Below are positions 1 to 6,048 of a DNA stretch of 6,048 nucleotides, piece by piece (position 1 is the stretch's first letter; the number at the start of each line of letters is the position of its first letter). The notes beneath the pieces are model-generated. The model saw nothing but the letters and a program-made list of their open reading frames with translations, did not search any database and had not been told where the DNA came from. The translations under genes and the position numbers were made by a program. This DNA is from a virus. Its lineage: Duplodnaviria; Heunggongvirae; Uroviricota; Caudoviricetes. The stretch lies in the IMG/VR virus record IMGVR_UViG_2675903562_000001, one strand, 5' to 3'.

Positions 1-107
1 CCCACGGCCATTGCAGACAGCGTTACTTTTTTCCCGCCGGGGACAGTGGCGGCTGCCAGCTTTGCGGCTCCGGCAGTAGTGATAACGGTTTTAAATTTCG
101 TGCTCAT
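1..107 (-). CDS. H: Tail fiber protein, N-terminal 35 codons only (gene continues beyond window start)
   Basis: Minus-strand ATG at 107..105; translation MSTKFKTVITTAGAAKLAAATVPGGKKVTLSAMAV closely matches the conserved N-terminus of P2-family tail fiber gpH as I recall it. Lies 10 nt downstream of the I stop, in the expected I-to-H order. Open to the window edge. Confidence 0.7.
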   Translation of the reverse strand, partial: MSTKFKTVITTAGAAKLAAATVPGGKKVTLSAMAV

Positions 108-117
108 TGTTTCTCAC

Positions 118-645
118 TTATCCGGGATAAACAGTAATAACATCACCATCACAGACCACACCGCCTGTATACAGATAGCCTGGAATGTCCTGGATAATGT
201 TCAGGCCGATAAGGTGGCGACTTGCGGGTTTGGCATCGGCAATCAGCCGTTCCATTTCCAGATACATTTCCTCAGTCACGCCACTGTCCAGCGTGCCAAC
301 ATCAACCTTGAATGTTCCGGGTTCGCCGTCGAACTCCCACCACTCAGACACGCGAATGAGGTATCCCAGCGGCTCAATGGCCCGGCGCAATGCGCTGATG
401 GTCCCTTTGTGTCGGTGTATCAGCCATGCATCACGAATAACCTGTCGCTTTGTCTCTTCCGGCCAGTTGCGATCCCAGCGGTCAACGGAAAATGCCCAGG
501 CGAGATAAGGCAGCAGATGCACCGGGCAGGTGTCCGGTGACCACAGCGTGTTGAGGTCTACCGGGATGTTTGTAATGCGCGCTCCGACAGCTTCGGCGCA
601 ACGCATGAAATTGCTGGCTGATGGTGGTAACAGTGAATTACTCAT
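118..645 (-). CDS. I: Baseplate assembly protein I (175 aa)
   Basis: Sub-range of listed ORF 118..678. Preferred start is ATG at 645 with RBS AAGGTGG upstream; the ORF start at 678 is GTG with no RBS. Translation (MSNSLLPP...DGDVITVYPG) resembles P2 gpI along its length. Overlaps the J stop by 8 nt. Confidence 0.85.
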   Translation of the reverse strand: MSNSLLPPSASNFMRCAEAVGARITNIPVDLNTLWSPDTCPVHLLPYLAWAFSVDRWDRNWPEETKRQVIRDAWLIHRHKGTISALRRAIEPLGYLIRVSEWWEFDGEPGTFKVDVGTLDSGVTEEMYLEMERLIADAKPASRHLIGLNIIQDIPGYLYTGGVVCDGDVITVYPG

Positions 646-1534
646 TACGCCCACCTTCGCTGATGGTGAATGACTCACAGCGCGCCGCCTGTATGTCGCT
701 GATGGCCATATTCTGTGTGGGTTCGATTATCTCCACGCGTTGCACACCGTGCACATGCAGTGCGGCAGCAATGGCGGACAACGCCACGTCCTGACCGATA
801 AGCCCCTGCTCAGCCAGCCACTTCCTGAACGACGATTCAGCCGCAGCCAGAATAGGTTCGGATTCCGGGCCGGGATAAAAGTACAGTTTTGCATTCAGCC
901 GCCATGTCACGATTCTGGCACTCTGTACGGTCAGGCGGTCGGCCACCGGGCGGGTATCCTCTGCATTCAGAACGGCACGAACGGTATTAAGCAACGCCTC
1001 CGTTGCTGTGCCGTCGCCTTCAGTGGACAGGATGGAAACCGTCACGTTGGCCGGAGACGGACTGATAGCCCGCGCATCACGCACCAGACCGCTGGCGCTG
1101 CGGGCAAAATACTCGTATGCACCTGACGGGCCAGCAACACTCAGGCCGTCGTACGCCCGCTGCGCCCGCAGTCTCAGCGAGGTGTCACTCTCCATCACCG
1201 CGTCGGTGGTATCCGTTGCCGGAGTGATGGTCAGGCGCTTTGTGTTCATATTGCCCGCGAGGTTGTCCAGGTCTGTCCCGGTGCTGTGGCTTAACATGCA
1301 GGCCCGTGCCCCCTCATTGACCCGCTGGCGTAACAGCATTTCACGAAACGCTGTTGTCTGGGCGATAACGTTCAGGGGTTCCGATTCCAGCTCCAGCGCG
1401 GCGGAGACGGCTTCACGCTGTTCGGCGGGATAAGCCGCAATCATCATGGCCTTTGTGTCAGCCAGAATTGCCTCAAAATCAGGCTCCGCGATAATGGCGG
1501 GGTCCGGTAACTGGGAAAGGTCAACAGCAGGCAT
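638..1534 (-). CDS. J: Baseplate assembly protein J (298 aa)
   Basis: Listed ORF 638..1534. Translation (MPAVDLSQLP...ESEPL...RLTITPA...VADRLTVQSA...YPGPESEPI...HVHGVQRVE) matches P2 gpJ along its whole length from memory. Start is 3 nt after the W stop. Confidence 0.9.
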   Translation of the reverse strand: MPAVDLSQLPDPAIIAEPDFEAILADTKAMMIAAYPAEQREAVSAALELESEPLNVIAQTTAFREMLLRQRVNEGARACMLSHSTGTDLDNLAGNMNTKRLTITPATDTTDAVMESDTSLRLRAQRAYDGLSVAGPSGAYEYFARSASGLVRDARAISPSPANVTVSILSTEGDGTATEALLNTVRAVLNAEDTRPVADRLTVQSARIVTWRLNAKLYFYPGPESEPILAAAESSFRKWLAEQGLIGQDVALSAIAAALHVHGVQRVEIIEPTQNMAISDIQAARCESFTISEGGRNE

Positions 1535-1537
1535 GAT

Positions 1538-1888
1538 TTACTCTCTCAGCGTGATGGTTAATTCAACATTCTGCATGGTCTGCATGACAGTGCCCGACAG
1601 CGTCACCCCGGCGCGGCCTCCTGCCTTCCAGACAACGTCGATGGCATCCAGGGCAATGCGGGGTTCCCATCGCGTCAGTGCAATCACGGCAGCACTCATG
1701 CATTGCAGACGCGTGGTGTTATTCATGGGTTCGTCAATCAAATCAGGCACAAGGCTGCCATATTCCCGTCGCATAACCCGGCTGGCCAGCGGGGTGGTCA
1801 GGATGTCCCTGACTGACTGTTTCAGGTGCTCCGTATCGTTCAGGTTTCCCGTTCTGTCCGGGTTCATTCCTGTGTAGCGGGTTGTCAT
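1538..1888 (-). CDS. W: Baseplate protein W (gp25-like wedge protein, 116 aa)
   Basis: Listed ORF. Translation MTTRYTGMN...SRVMRREYGSL...WEPRI...VTLSG resembles P2 gpW. RBS AGGAGG 6 nt upstream. ATGA overlap with the V stop. Confidence 0.9.
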   Translation of the reverse strand: MTTRYTGMNPDRTGNLNDTEHLKQSVRDILTTPLASRVMRREYGSLVPDLIDEPMNNTTRLQCMSAAVIALTRWEPRIALDAIDVVWKAGGRAGVTLSGTVMQTMQNVELTITLRE

Positions 1889-2466
1889 TGCGGGCCTCCT
1901 GTCGAATCGCTGCCACCTTTAACGCCACCGTGTTTATGCGTATGCACTGTGATGCCGTTTGAGGTGAAATTGCCGCCGCTGTGCGTGATATTGCCGCTCA
2001 TCTTTCCCCCTTTTGTGACGTCAAGCGTCGCTGTTCTCAGAAGGTCTGTGCATTCCACGACGGGCGTGTCCAGTGTCACGCTGACGGATGCCTGCAGGGT
2101 GGCCGTTTTCATGCCGCTGGCGCTCAGTGCGCCTGCGTCCGCGTCGTAGCGGAACACCGCGCCATCCGGCGCGCTGATCACGATTTCTTTCAGGCTTTTG
2201 CCGGGGGCCGGACTGGCATCACTCCACAGGCTGCCAATTATCATGGCGGTTTCCGGGTTGCCGCCAATGCAGGCAATTGCCACCTGTTCGCCTGGTGATG
2301 GCGGCAGCCACACATTGAAGGCTCCCGCGCGCGTGGTGTTCCAGCGCAACCAGCCTGTTTCCAGTTCGCCGCTGCGAACGCGCACGCGCCAGGACTTCTC
2401 ATCAACTTCAGAGATGATCCCGGTACGGATGATATTGCTCAGCAGTCGCATGAGTTCTGCGCTCAC
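1885..2466 (-). CDS. V: Baseplate spike/hub protein V (193 aa)
   Basis: Listed ORF with GTG start at 2466 preceded by RBS GGAGG at 7 nt spacing. Translation (…IRTGII.EVD…WL.W…RAG…GEQV…PDGA…TLD.P.V.CT…TL.V.KGG.M.GNI.H.GG…SNG…HTHKH) is typical of P2 gpV. Confidence 0.85.
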   Translation of the reverse strand: MSAELMRLLSNIIRTGIISEVDEKSWRVRVRSGELETGWLRWNTTRAGAFNVWLPPSPGEQVAIACIGGNPETAMIIGSLWSDASPAPGKSLKEIVISAPDGAVFRYDADAGALSASGMKTATLQASVSVTLDTPVVECTDLLRTATLDVTKGGKMSGNITHSGGNFTSNGITVHTHKHGGVKGGSDSTGGPQ

Positions 2467-2573
2467 CGTACAGCCTCCGCAATCCGGCCCAGCACCGTGT
2501 TATAAATCAGGCGCTCATCTGTCTGGCTGATACCCAGCAGCTCACGTGCCGGGTACCCCGGCGCTGATAATAT
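2463..2573 (-). pseudogene. Orphan open frame of 36 codons with no start codon (ILSAPGYPARELLGISQTDERLIYNTVLGRIAEAVR); likely the displaced C-terminus of the upstream lysis gene or a remnant of a deleted tail completion gene
   Basis: Minus-strand frame open from 2573 to a TGA at 2465..2463 that overlaps the V start (GTGA coupling). It is +1 relative to the Rz-like ORF, which stops at 2544..2542. No ATG/GTG/TTG start with an RBS inside it. Confidence 0.35.
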
Positions 2574-2718
2574 TCAGGGTGTCGGCGGTACTTTTCAGGG
2601 TGCTGGCCTGCGCTTCGTTTCTGGCGTTCTCCCGGCCCAGCGACCACGACAGACGCATGGATGTTCCCCATCCAGCAATCAGAAGGAAAGCGACGCCCAG
2701 CGTGGGCCAGAGCTTCAT
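2542..2718 (-). CDS. Small membrane lysis protein, Rz/LysB-like (i-spanin-like) N-terminal portion, 58 aa, apparently truncated by a frameshift
   Basis: Sub-range of ORF 2542..2862. ATG at 2718 in ATGA overlap with the endolysin stop. N-terminal hydrophobic segment MKLWPTLGVAFLLIAGW followed by a charged, Ala/Gln-rich stretch. Position after holin and endolysin matches lysB in P2. Ends prematurely at 2542, after which the frame shifts. Confidence 0.4.
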   Translation of the reverse strand: MKLWPTLGVAFLLIAGWGTSMRLSWSLGRENARNEAQASTLKSTADTLNIISAGVPGT

Positions 2719-3107
2719 GCCGGATAGGCTCCGTGTGGTAACTGAAAATGCGGTCCGTCTTTCAGGGTCTTCCAGTCGCCGCCCCATTCCACCGGAATAT
2801 TCAGTTCCCGGCTGGCCTGTCTGAATGCTGCTGCGATTTTTTCGTACAGCGGCCATTCCCATGACACCTGGCTGCCGATATAAGCCACAACATCCACGGC
2901 ATGTCCCGTAAGGTGGCGGCTGTTCATGGTCTGGCTCTTACCCGTGGCCACCAGTTGCTTCTGGTGGTAACGGCTGCGCAACCCTTCGGTGATACCAAAA
3001 TCCACTTCCGAAATTTCCAGTGCCCGTCGGGTCACTTTCACCAGATCAGGATTTACGCCCTGCAAATTCTTTTCGCTCCGGCTGCTGAATTTAAATGTGT
3101 TGCTCAT
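2715..3107 (-). CDS. Endolysin, peptidase M15 (VanY / L-alanyl-D-glutamate peptidase-like) family, 130 aa
   Basis: Listed ORF. RBS AAGGAG upstream and ATGA overlap with the holin stop. Contains SRHLTGHAVD and a C-terminal GPHFQLPHG, consistent with the His/Asp/His zinc-binding arrangement of M15-family cell-wall peptidases such as the T5-type endolysin. Sits in the endolysin position directly after the holin. Confidence 0.8.
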   Translation of the reverse strand: MSNTFKFSSRSEKNLQGVNPDLVKVTRRALEISEVDFGITEGLRSRYHQKQLVATGKSQTMNSRHLTGHAVDVVAYIGSQVSWEWPLYEKIAAAFRQASRELNIPVEWGGDWKTLKDGPHFQLPHGAYPA

Positions 3108-3427
3108 TCGTCCTTCTCCTTCACCCTGCGATTAAAGGCTGCAATAACCTTGTCGCGTGCTTTCTCTGCGCCCATAAAACCGATTGATGCGCCGATAAAC
3201 GTCACGGCATCTTCAGGAAAACCGAAGAAGCGCAACGATCCGGCCACGGCCATGGCAAGAACGCCGCACGCCAGCGATCCCGTTACGGTCTGAACCAGTG
3301 TTCGTCCGTCATAAAGACTCATCAGCGCGGAAATGCTGACCGCCGCGCCTACTGCATACACCGTTGGCAGGTGGTCAAAGAGCCACGCAATAACCTGCTC
3401 TGTGATCCCTGTTTGAATGGTGCTCAC
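3104..3427 (-). CDS. Class I holin, lambda S-like (107 aa)
   Basis: Sub-range of ORF 3104..3646 (the long N-terminal extension overlaps X and is rejected). GTG start at 3427 with RBS GGGGGAG upstream, overlapping the X stop. Three hydrophobic segments and a charged C-terminal tail (EKARDKVIAAFNRRVKEKDE). The segment FIGASIGFMGAEKARDKVIAAF resembles the lambda S C-terminal region. Confidence 0.65.
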   Translation of the reverse strand: MSTIQTGITEQVIAWLFDHLPTVYAVGAAVSISALMSLYDGRTLVQTVTGSLACGVLAMAVAGSLRFFGFPEDAVTFIGASIGFMGAEKARDKVIAAFNRRVKEKDE

Positions 3428-3429
3428 TG

Positions 3430-3630
3430 CTACTCCCCCCACAACTGAATCATTTCTCGTTTCTTCTTCTCCGGCTCCGGCATCTCCACTTCCTGCCCGG
3501 CGTCCAGAAATACCTGCTGACAGAGTCCGGGGTTGGCATCCAGCACCTTTTCGGTGACGCCCTGCGTCGTGCCGTAGTACCGGAAACAGAGCGAATCCAC
3601 GGTGTCGCCTTCCAGTACCTTCACTTTCAT
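3430..3630 (-). CDS. X: Tail protein X (LysM-like, 66 aa)
   Basis: Sub-range of ORF 3430..3663; ATG at 3630 in ATGA overlap with the L stop. Translation MKVKVLEGDTVDSLCFRYYGTTQGVTEKVLDANPGL matches P2 gpX (…GDTLD..C.RYYG.T.GV.E.VL.ANPGL). Confidence 0.8.
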   Translation of the reverse strand: MKVKVLEGDTVDSLCFRYYGTTQGVTEKVLDANPGLCQQVFLDAGQEVEMPEPEKKKREMIQLWGE

Positions 3631-4124
3631 CAGCACAACTCCGCAAAGATTCGCGGGCGGCACAGAATGTCAGAGATGGCCCAGCTCACATCACGCCACA
3701 AATCCGATGTCTGTATATCCAGTGCGTCCGCCCGGCGGTCGCCCTTGTCCGTTGTGTCCGCATCGCGGTAACGCTCCAGTATCAGGGCGCGTGTGGCGGT
3801 ATAAACAGCATTGCGCCAGTGCCAGAGATTGACGCTTTCTCCGTTAATTGCGGGTGCCGGAACATCGGCCAGCGTCTGATGGCCAGCTGCCTGCTGTTCC
3901 TGCTGCCATGCTTCCAGCTCGCGGGTAACGTGTGCCACAGCCCCGGTGGCAGTATGCAGCAGGCGGGAGGTGGTCACGCGGCCCGGCAGTCGTACCGCCA
4001 GACGCAGCTCGCGCAGCACAATATCCGGCCAGAATGCACCCGCTGAAATGCGGGTATCGCCATCATCGGTATCGGTGATGTCGTCCTCTGCGGGTCCGGG
4101 TTCAGTTCTGGCAACCATACTCAT
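3630..4124 (-). CDS. L: Head completion/stabilization protein L (164 aa)
   Basis: Sub-range of ORF 3630..4133; ATG at 4124 preceded by RBS AGGAG at 8 nt spacing. Translation contains F.PDI…LADVPA…GES…ERYR…DKGD.RAD…LWRD..WA, matching P2 gpL as recalled. Confidence 0.85.
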   Translation of the reverse strand: MSMVARTEPGPAEDDITDTDDGDTRISAGAFWPDIVLRELRLAVRLPGRVTTSRLLHTATGAVAHVTRELEAWQQEQQAAGHQTLADVPAPAINGESVNLWHWRNAVYTATRALILERYRDADTTDKGDRRADALDIQTSDLWRDVSWAISDILCRPRIFAELC

Positions 4125-4138
4125 GGGGTTCACTCCTG

Positions 4139-4209
4139 AAAAAAATCGGGCGGTGGGTGCGCGGTGTAAACGGTCACGGAGTCAAACCGGAACACCGCGC
4201 ACGCCGCCC
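4139..4209 (-). terminator. Putative rho-independent terminator (or attenuator) on the minus strand between O-like and L
   Basis: Minus-strand sense reads GGGCGGCGTGCGCGGTGT, a 24-nt loop, ACACCGCGCACCCACCGCCC, then GATTTTTTT. This is an imperfect GC-rich stem of about 17 bp followed by a T7 run, immediately upstream of the L RBS. Confidence 0.45.
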
Positions 4210-4219
4210 GCTGACGGGG

Positions 4220-4807
4220 TCAGTCGTTAATCCCCATTACGCGGTTAAACCACTGGGTGCCTTCTTCCTGGCGTTGTTCTGCCATTTCGATGATTTCAGA
4301 CTCGATGGCTTCGGAAATGAGCGGTGCTTCACCCTGGACACTGTTGAACGTCATCACCGCCTGACGCTGCTGTGCCGTGAATTTCAGGCGCTCAGTGCCC
4401 AGGCTTGCCGGGGTGTCGGTCATCGCCAGCCCGACCAGATAGGCGCGCCCGTTAACGGAGAACTGCGGGTGCAGTTCGATACTGGAATAGATTTTCTTGC
4501 CGTCCGCGACAAGCTGCTTCATGCGCTCGGTCGGTTCGATTTCTGCATACAGCGCAGTACGTCCGGCCAGCGGACCTTCCGTAATGTCTTCCGTACTCAG
4601 TGCGGTGACATCGCCCATTGCGGAAAATTCGCTTGACGGGCATGGCGAGAGATAGTGCTCAACGTTCACGCGGGCAGCGTAAACATCCGGGTTGAAGTTC
4701 TCGGCGGCTTCACGCAGATGCACCGGACTGATTTCACGGCCATCAACAGTTGATCCGGAGACAGCCACGCGAAACTTTTTGCGGGATGTCTTTTTTTCAT
4801 TAGCCAT
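4220..4807 (-). CDS. O: gpO-like capsid maturation protease domain (195 aa), short relative to P2 gpO; C-terminal scaffolding region apparently absent
   Basis: Sub-range of ORF 4220..4840; ATG at 4807 with RBS GAGGGG upstream. Translation (…FRVAVSG.TVDGR.IS…NVEH…YSSIEL.PQF…YLVGLAMTDTPASLGTE…) matches the N-terminal protease part of P2 gpO, including candidate catalytic His about 51 and Ser about 108. It ends roughly 55 residues after the PASLGTE motif, whereas P2 gpO is about 284 aa by recollection. Confidence 0.7.
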   Translation of the reverse strand: MANEKKTSRKKFRVAVSGSTVDGREISPVHLREAAENFNPDVYAARVNVEHYLSPCPSSEFSAMGDVTALSTEDITEGPLAGRTALYAEIEPTERMKQLVADGKKIYSSIELHPQFSVNGRAYLVGLAMTDTPASLGTERLKFTAQQRQAVMTFNSVQGEAPLISEAIESEIIEMAEQRQEEGTQWFNRVMGIND

Positions 4808-4961
4808 AGTTTTTGCCCCTCTGACTGGTTCTTCAGTCATGATGGCAAAGCGTAACAGGCTGATACAAAGGGCTTTTGTTGTAAGAAAACGGCCAGAACA
4901 GGGGGTTAAGGAGAACGGTTTCGCGCGCGGGTAATCTTCCTGTAATTACTCAGGGGGAGCA
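4808..4961. promoter_or_regulatory. Divergent intergenic region between O-like (minus) and terminase P (plus); expected site of the two divergent late promoters
   Basis: 154-bp non-coding gap between divergently oriented genes, as in the P2 P|O late-promoter region. Contains an imperfect dyad TGT-N12-AGA (4880..4897) that only partly matches the Ogr/Delta-type TGT-N12-ACA element, and a palindrome ACAAAGGGCTTTTGT (4865..4879). No clear sigma70 -35/-10 pair identified. Confidence 0.3.
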
Positions 4962-6048
4962 ATGATTCAGGACGCTTTTGTGCGCCAGCGTGCGCGGCAA
5001 CTTTACTGGCAGGGTTATCCGCCCGCAGAAATATCACGTCTGATGGGAATAAACCCGAACACGATTTATGCGTGGAAAAAACGCGACCAGTGGGATGAAA
5101 CGCCACCCGTGCAGCGTGTCACGCAGTCCATCGATGCGCGCCTCATCCAGCTTACTGAAAAACAGAATAAAACAGGTGGTGACTTTAAGGAAATAGACCT
5201 GCTGACCCGGCAGCTTAAAAAACTGCATGATGGCCAGCCGGATGCGACGGCCACAGGAAAGAAAGGCCGGGCGAAAAAACTTAAAAATCATTTCACGCCG
5301 GAGCAGATTGCCGCACTGCGGGAAAAAATCATCAGCAGGCTGGAGTGGCATCAGCGGGGCTGGTTTGACTCCCTGAGCCTTTGCAGGGAAGCCGGGATAC
5401 GTAACAGGATGATCCTGAAATCCCGACAGATTGGGGCGACCTGGTATTTTGCACAGGAAGCACTGCTGATGGCGCTGCGTGACGATGTGGCACAACCTTA
5501 CCAGCGTAACCAGATTTTTTTGTCTGCGTCGCGTCGTCAGGCGTTCCAGTTTAAAAGCATTATTCAGAAGGCCGCGGCTGAAGTTGATGTGGAGCTGAAA
5601 GGGGGCGATAAAATCATCCTCTCCAACGGCGCAGAACTGCATTTTCTCGGTACTTCTGCTGCGACGGCACAGTCCTACACAGGCAATTTTTATTTTGATG
5701 AATTTTTCTGGGTCAGTCGCTTTGCTGAACTGCGCAAGGTGGCTGGCGCTATGGCAACCCTCAGCGGGCTGCGACGCACCTACTTCTCCACGCCATCCAC
5801 CGAAACGCACGAGGCATACGTCTACTGGAACGGCGACCGCTGGAACGAGAAAAAGGCCGCGCATAAACGCCAGCGTTTTTCTGTGGACTGGAAAACGCTG
5901 CATAACGGGCTTATCTGCCCCGACCGGACGTGGCGGCAAATTGTCACGCTGGAAGATGTGGTTAATCACGGCTGGAAACACACCGATATTGACGAAATTC
6001 GTGATGAAAACACCGAAGACGAGTTCCGCAATCTCTATATGTGTGAGT
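4962..6048 (+). CDS. P: Terminase large (ATPase) subunit, gpP-like, N-terminal 362 codons (continues beyond window end)
   Basis: I translated this frame by hand from the ATG at 4962 and it stays open to the window end; it is not in the ORF track, presumably because it has no stop within the window. G-rich RBS immediately upstream. N-terminus looks HTH-like (YWQGYPPAEISRLMGINPNTIYAWKK). Contains ILKSRQIGATWYFAQEAL and a Walker-B-like NFYFDEFFWV. Divergent orientation from O matches P2. Confidence 0.75.
   Translation, partial: MIQDAFVRQRARQLYWQGYPPAEISRLMGINPNTIYAWKKRDQWDETPPVQRVTQSIDARLIQLTEKQNKTGGDFKEIDLLTRQLKKLHDGQPDATATGKKGRAKKLKNHFTPEQIAALREKIISRLEWHQRGWFDSLSLCREAGIRNRMILKSRQIGATWYFAQEALLMALRDDVAQPYQRNQIFLSASRRQAFQFKSIIQKAAAEVDVELKGGDKIILSNGAELHFLGTSAATAQSYTGNFYFDEFFWVSRFAELRKVAGAMATLSGLRRTYFSTPSTETHEAYVYWNGDRWNEKKAAHKRQRFSVDWKTLHNGLICPDRTWRQIVTLEDVVNHGWKHTDIDEIRDENTEDEFRNLYMCE

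Noticed and set aside
1743-1928. Minus-strand 61-aa ORF overlapping W and V in another frame; also the minus-strand 63-aa ORF at 4452..4643 inside the O-like gene
   Set aside because: Alternative-frame overlaps inside well-supported genes; no RBS and no independent support.
3428-3646. Long N-terminal extension of the holin ORF (ATG at 3646); similar extensions of I (GTG at 678), O-like (ATG at 4840), L (GTG at 4133) and the Rz-like ORF (ATG at 2862)
   Set aside because: The extensions overlap the upstream gene in another frame and lack an RBS, whereas the internal starts I chose have Shine-Dalgarno sequences and ATGA/GTGA-type coupling to the preceding stop.
4838-4933. Possible 31-codon small basic peptide (MMAKRNRLIQRAFVVRKRPEQGVKENGFARG) on the plus strand in the O|P intergenic region
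   Set aside because: No convincing RBS, it is merely the tail of the antisense ORF 4692..4934, and it sits where divergent promoters are expected. Cannot be supported from sequence alone.
46-4934. Plus-strand ORFs listed across the structural region: 46..540, 185..508, 740..1126, 1008..1433, 1446..1877, 1826..2149, 1981..2298, 2198..2530, 2546..2824, 2901..3293, 3602..3832, 3819..4046, 3946..4230, 4157..4636 and 4692..4934
   Set aside because: Each lies antisense to a minus-strand gene that has clear homology, an RBS and translational coupling. Their translations are low-complexity and Arg/Ala/Cys-rich, typical of antisense frames in GC-rich coding DNA, and none has a convincing RBS or recognisable product.
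5034-5981. Minus-strand 315-aa ORF, plus the smaller minus-strand ORFs 4906..5106 and 5066..5254
   Set aside because: They lie antisense to the terminase large subunit reading frame, which is open for 362 codons with recognisable ATPase motifs. The translations have no recognisable features.
1-6048. Looked for CRISPR repeats, tRNA/rRNA genes, integrase or transposase, toxin-antitoxin pairs and defence-system-like cargo
   Set aside because: No regularly spaced direct repeats, no tRNA-like or rRNA-like segments, and every sizeable coding region is accounted for by phage morphogenesis or lysis genes. The known P2 accessory hotspots (Z/fun and tin/old regions) lie outside this window.

Overview
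This window is the late (morphogenesis and lysis) region of a P2-family (Peduovirus-like) prophage from an enterobacterial-type genome. Gene identities rest on my reading of the translations and recalled P2 protein sequences and gene order, not on a database search. The minus strand carries a tightly packed, translationally coupled array: tail fiber H (N-terminus only, runs off the window start), baseplate I, J, W, spike V, a broken Rz/LysB-like lysis gene, an M15-peptidase endolysin, a lambda-S-like holin, tail protein X, head completion protein L and a short O-like protease. The large terminase subunit P diverges on the plus strand and runs off the window end. Relative to the canonical P2 order (P | O N M L X Y K lysA lysB lysC R S V W J I H), the major capsid gene N, small terminase M and tail completion genes R and S are absent, the O-like gene lacks its C-terminal scaffolding portion, and an intrinsic terminator sits between O and L. 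No rRNA, tRNA, CRISPR array, integrase or transposase was found. The most notable observation is this capsid-less but otherwise well-preserved architecture, which could be prophage decay or a domesticated or satellite-like element.
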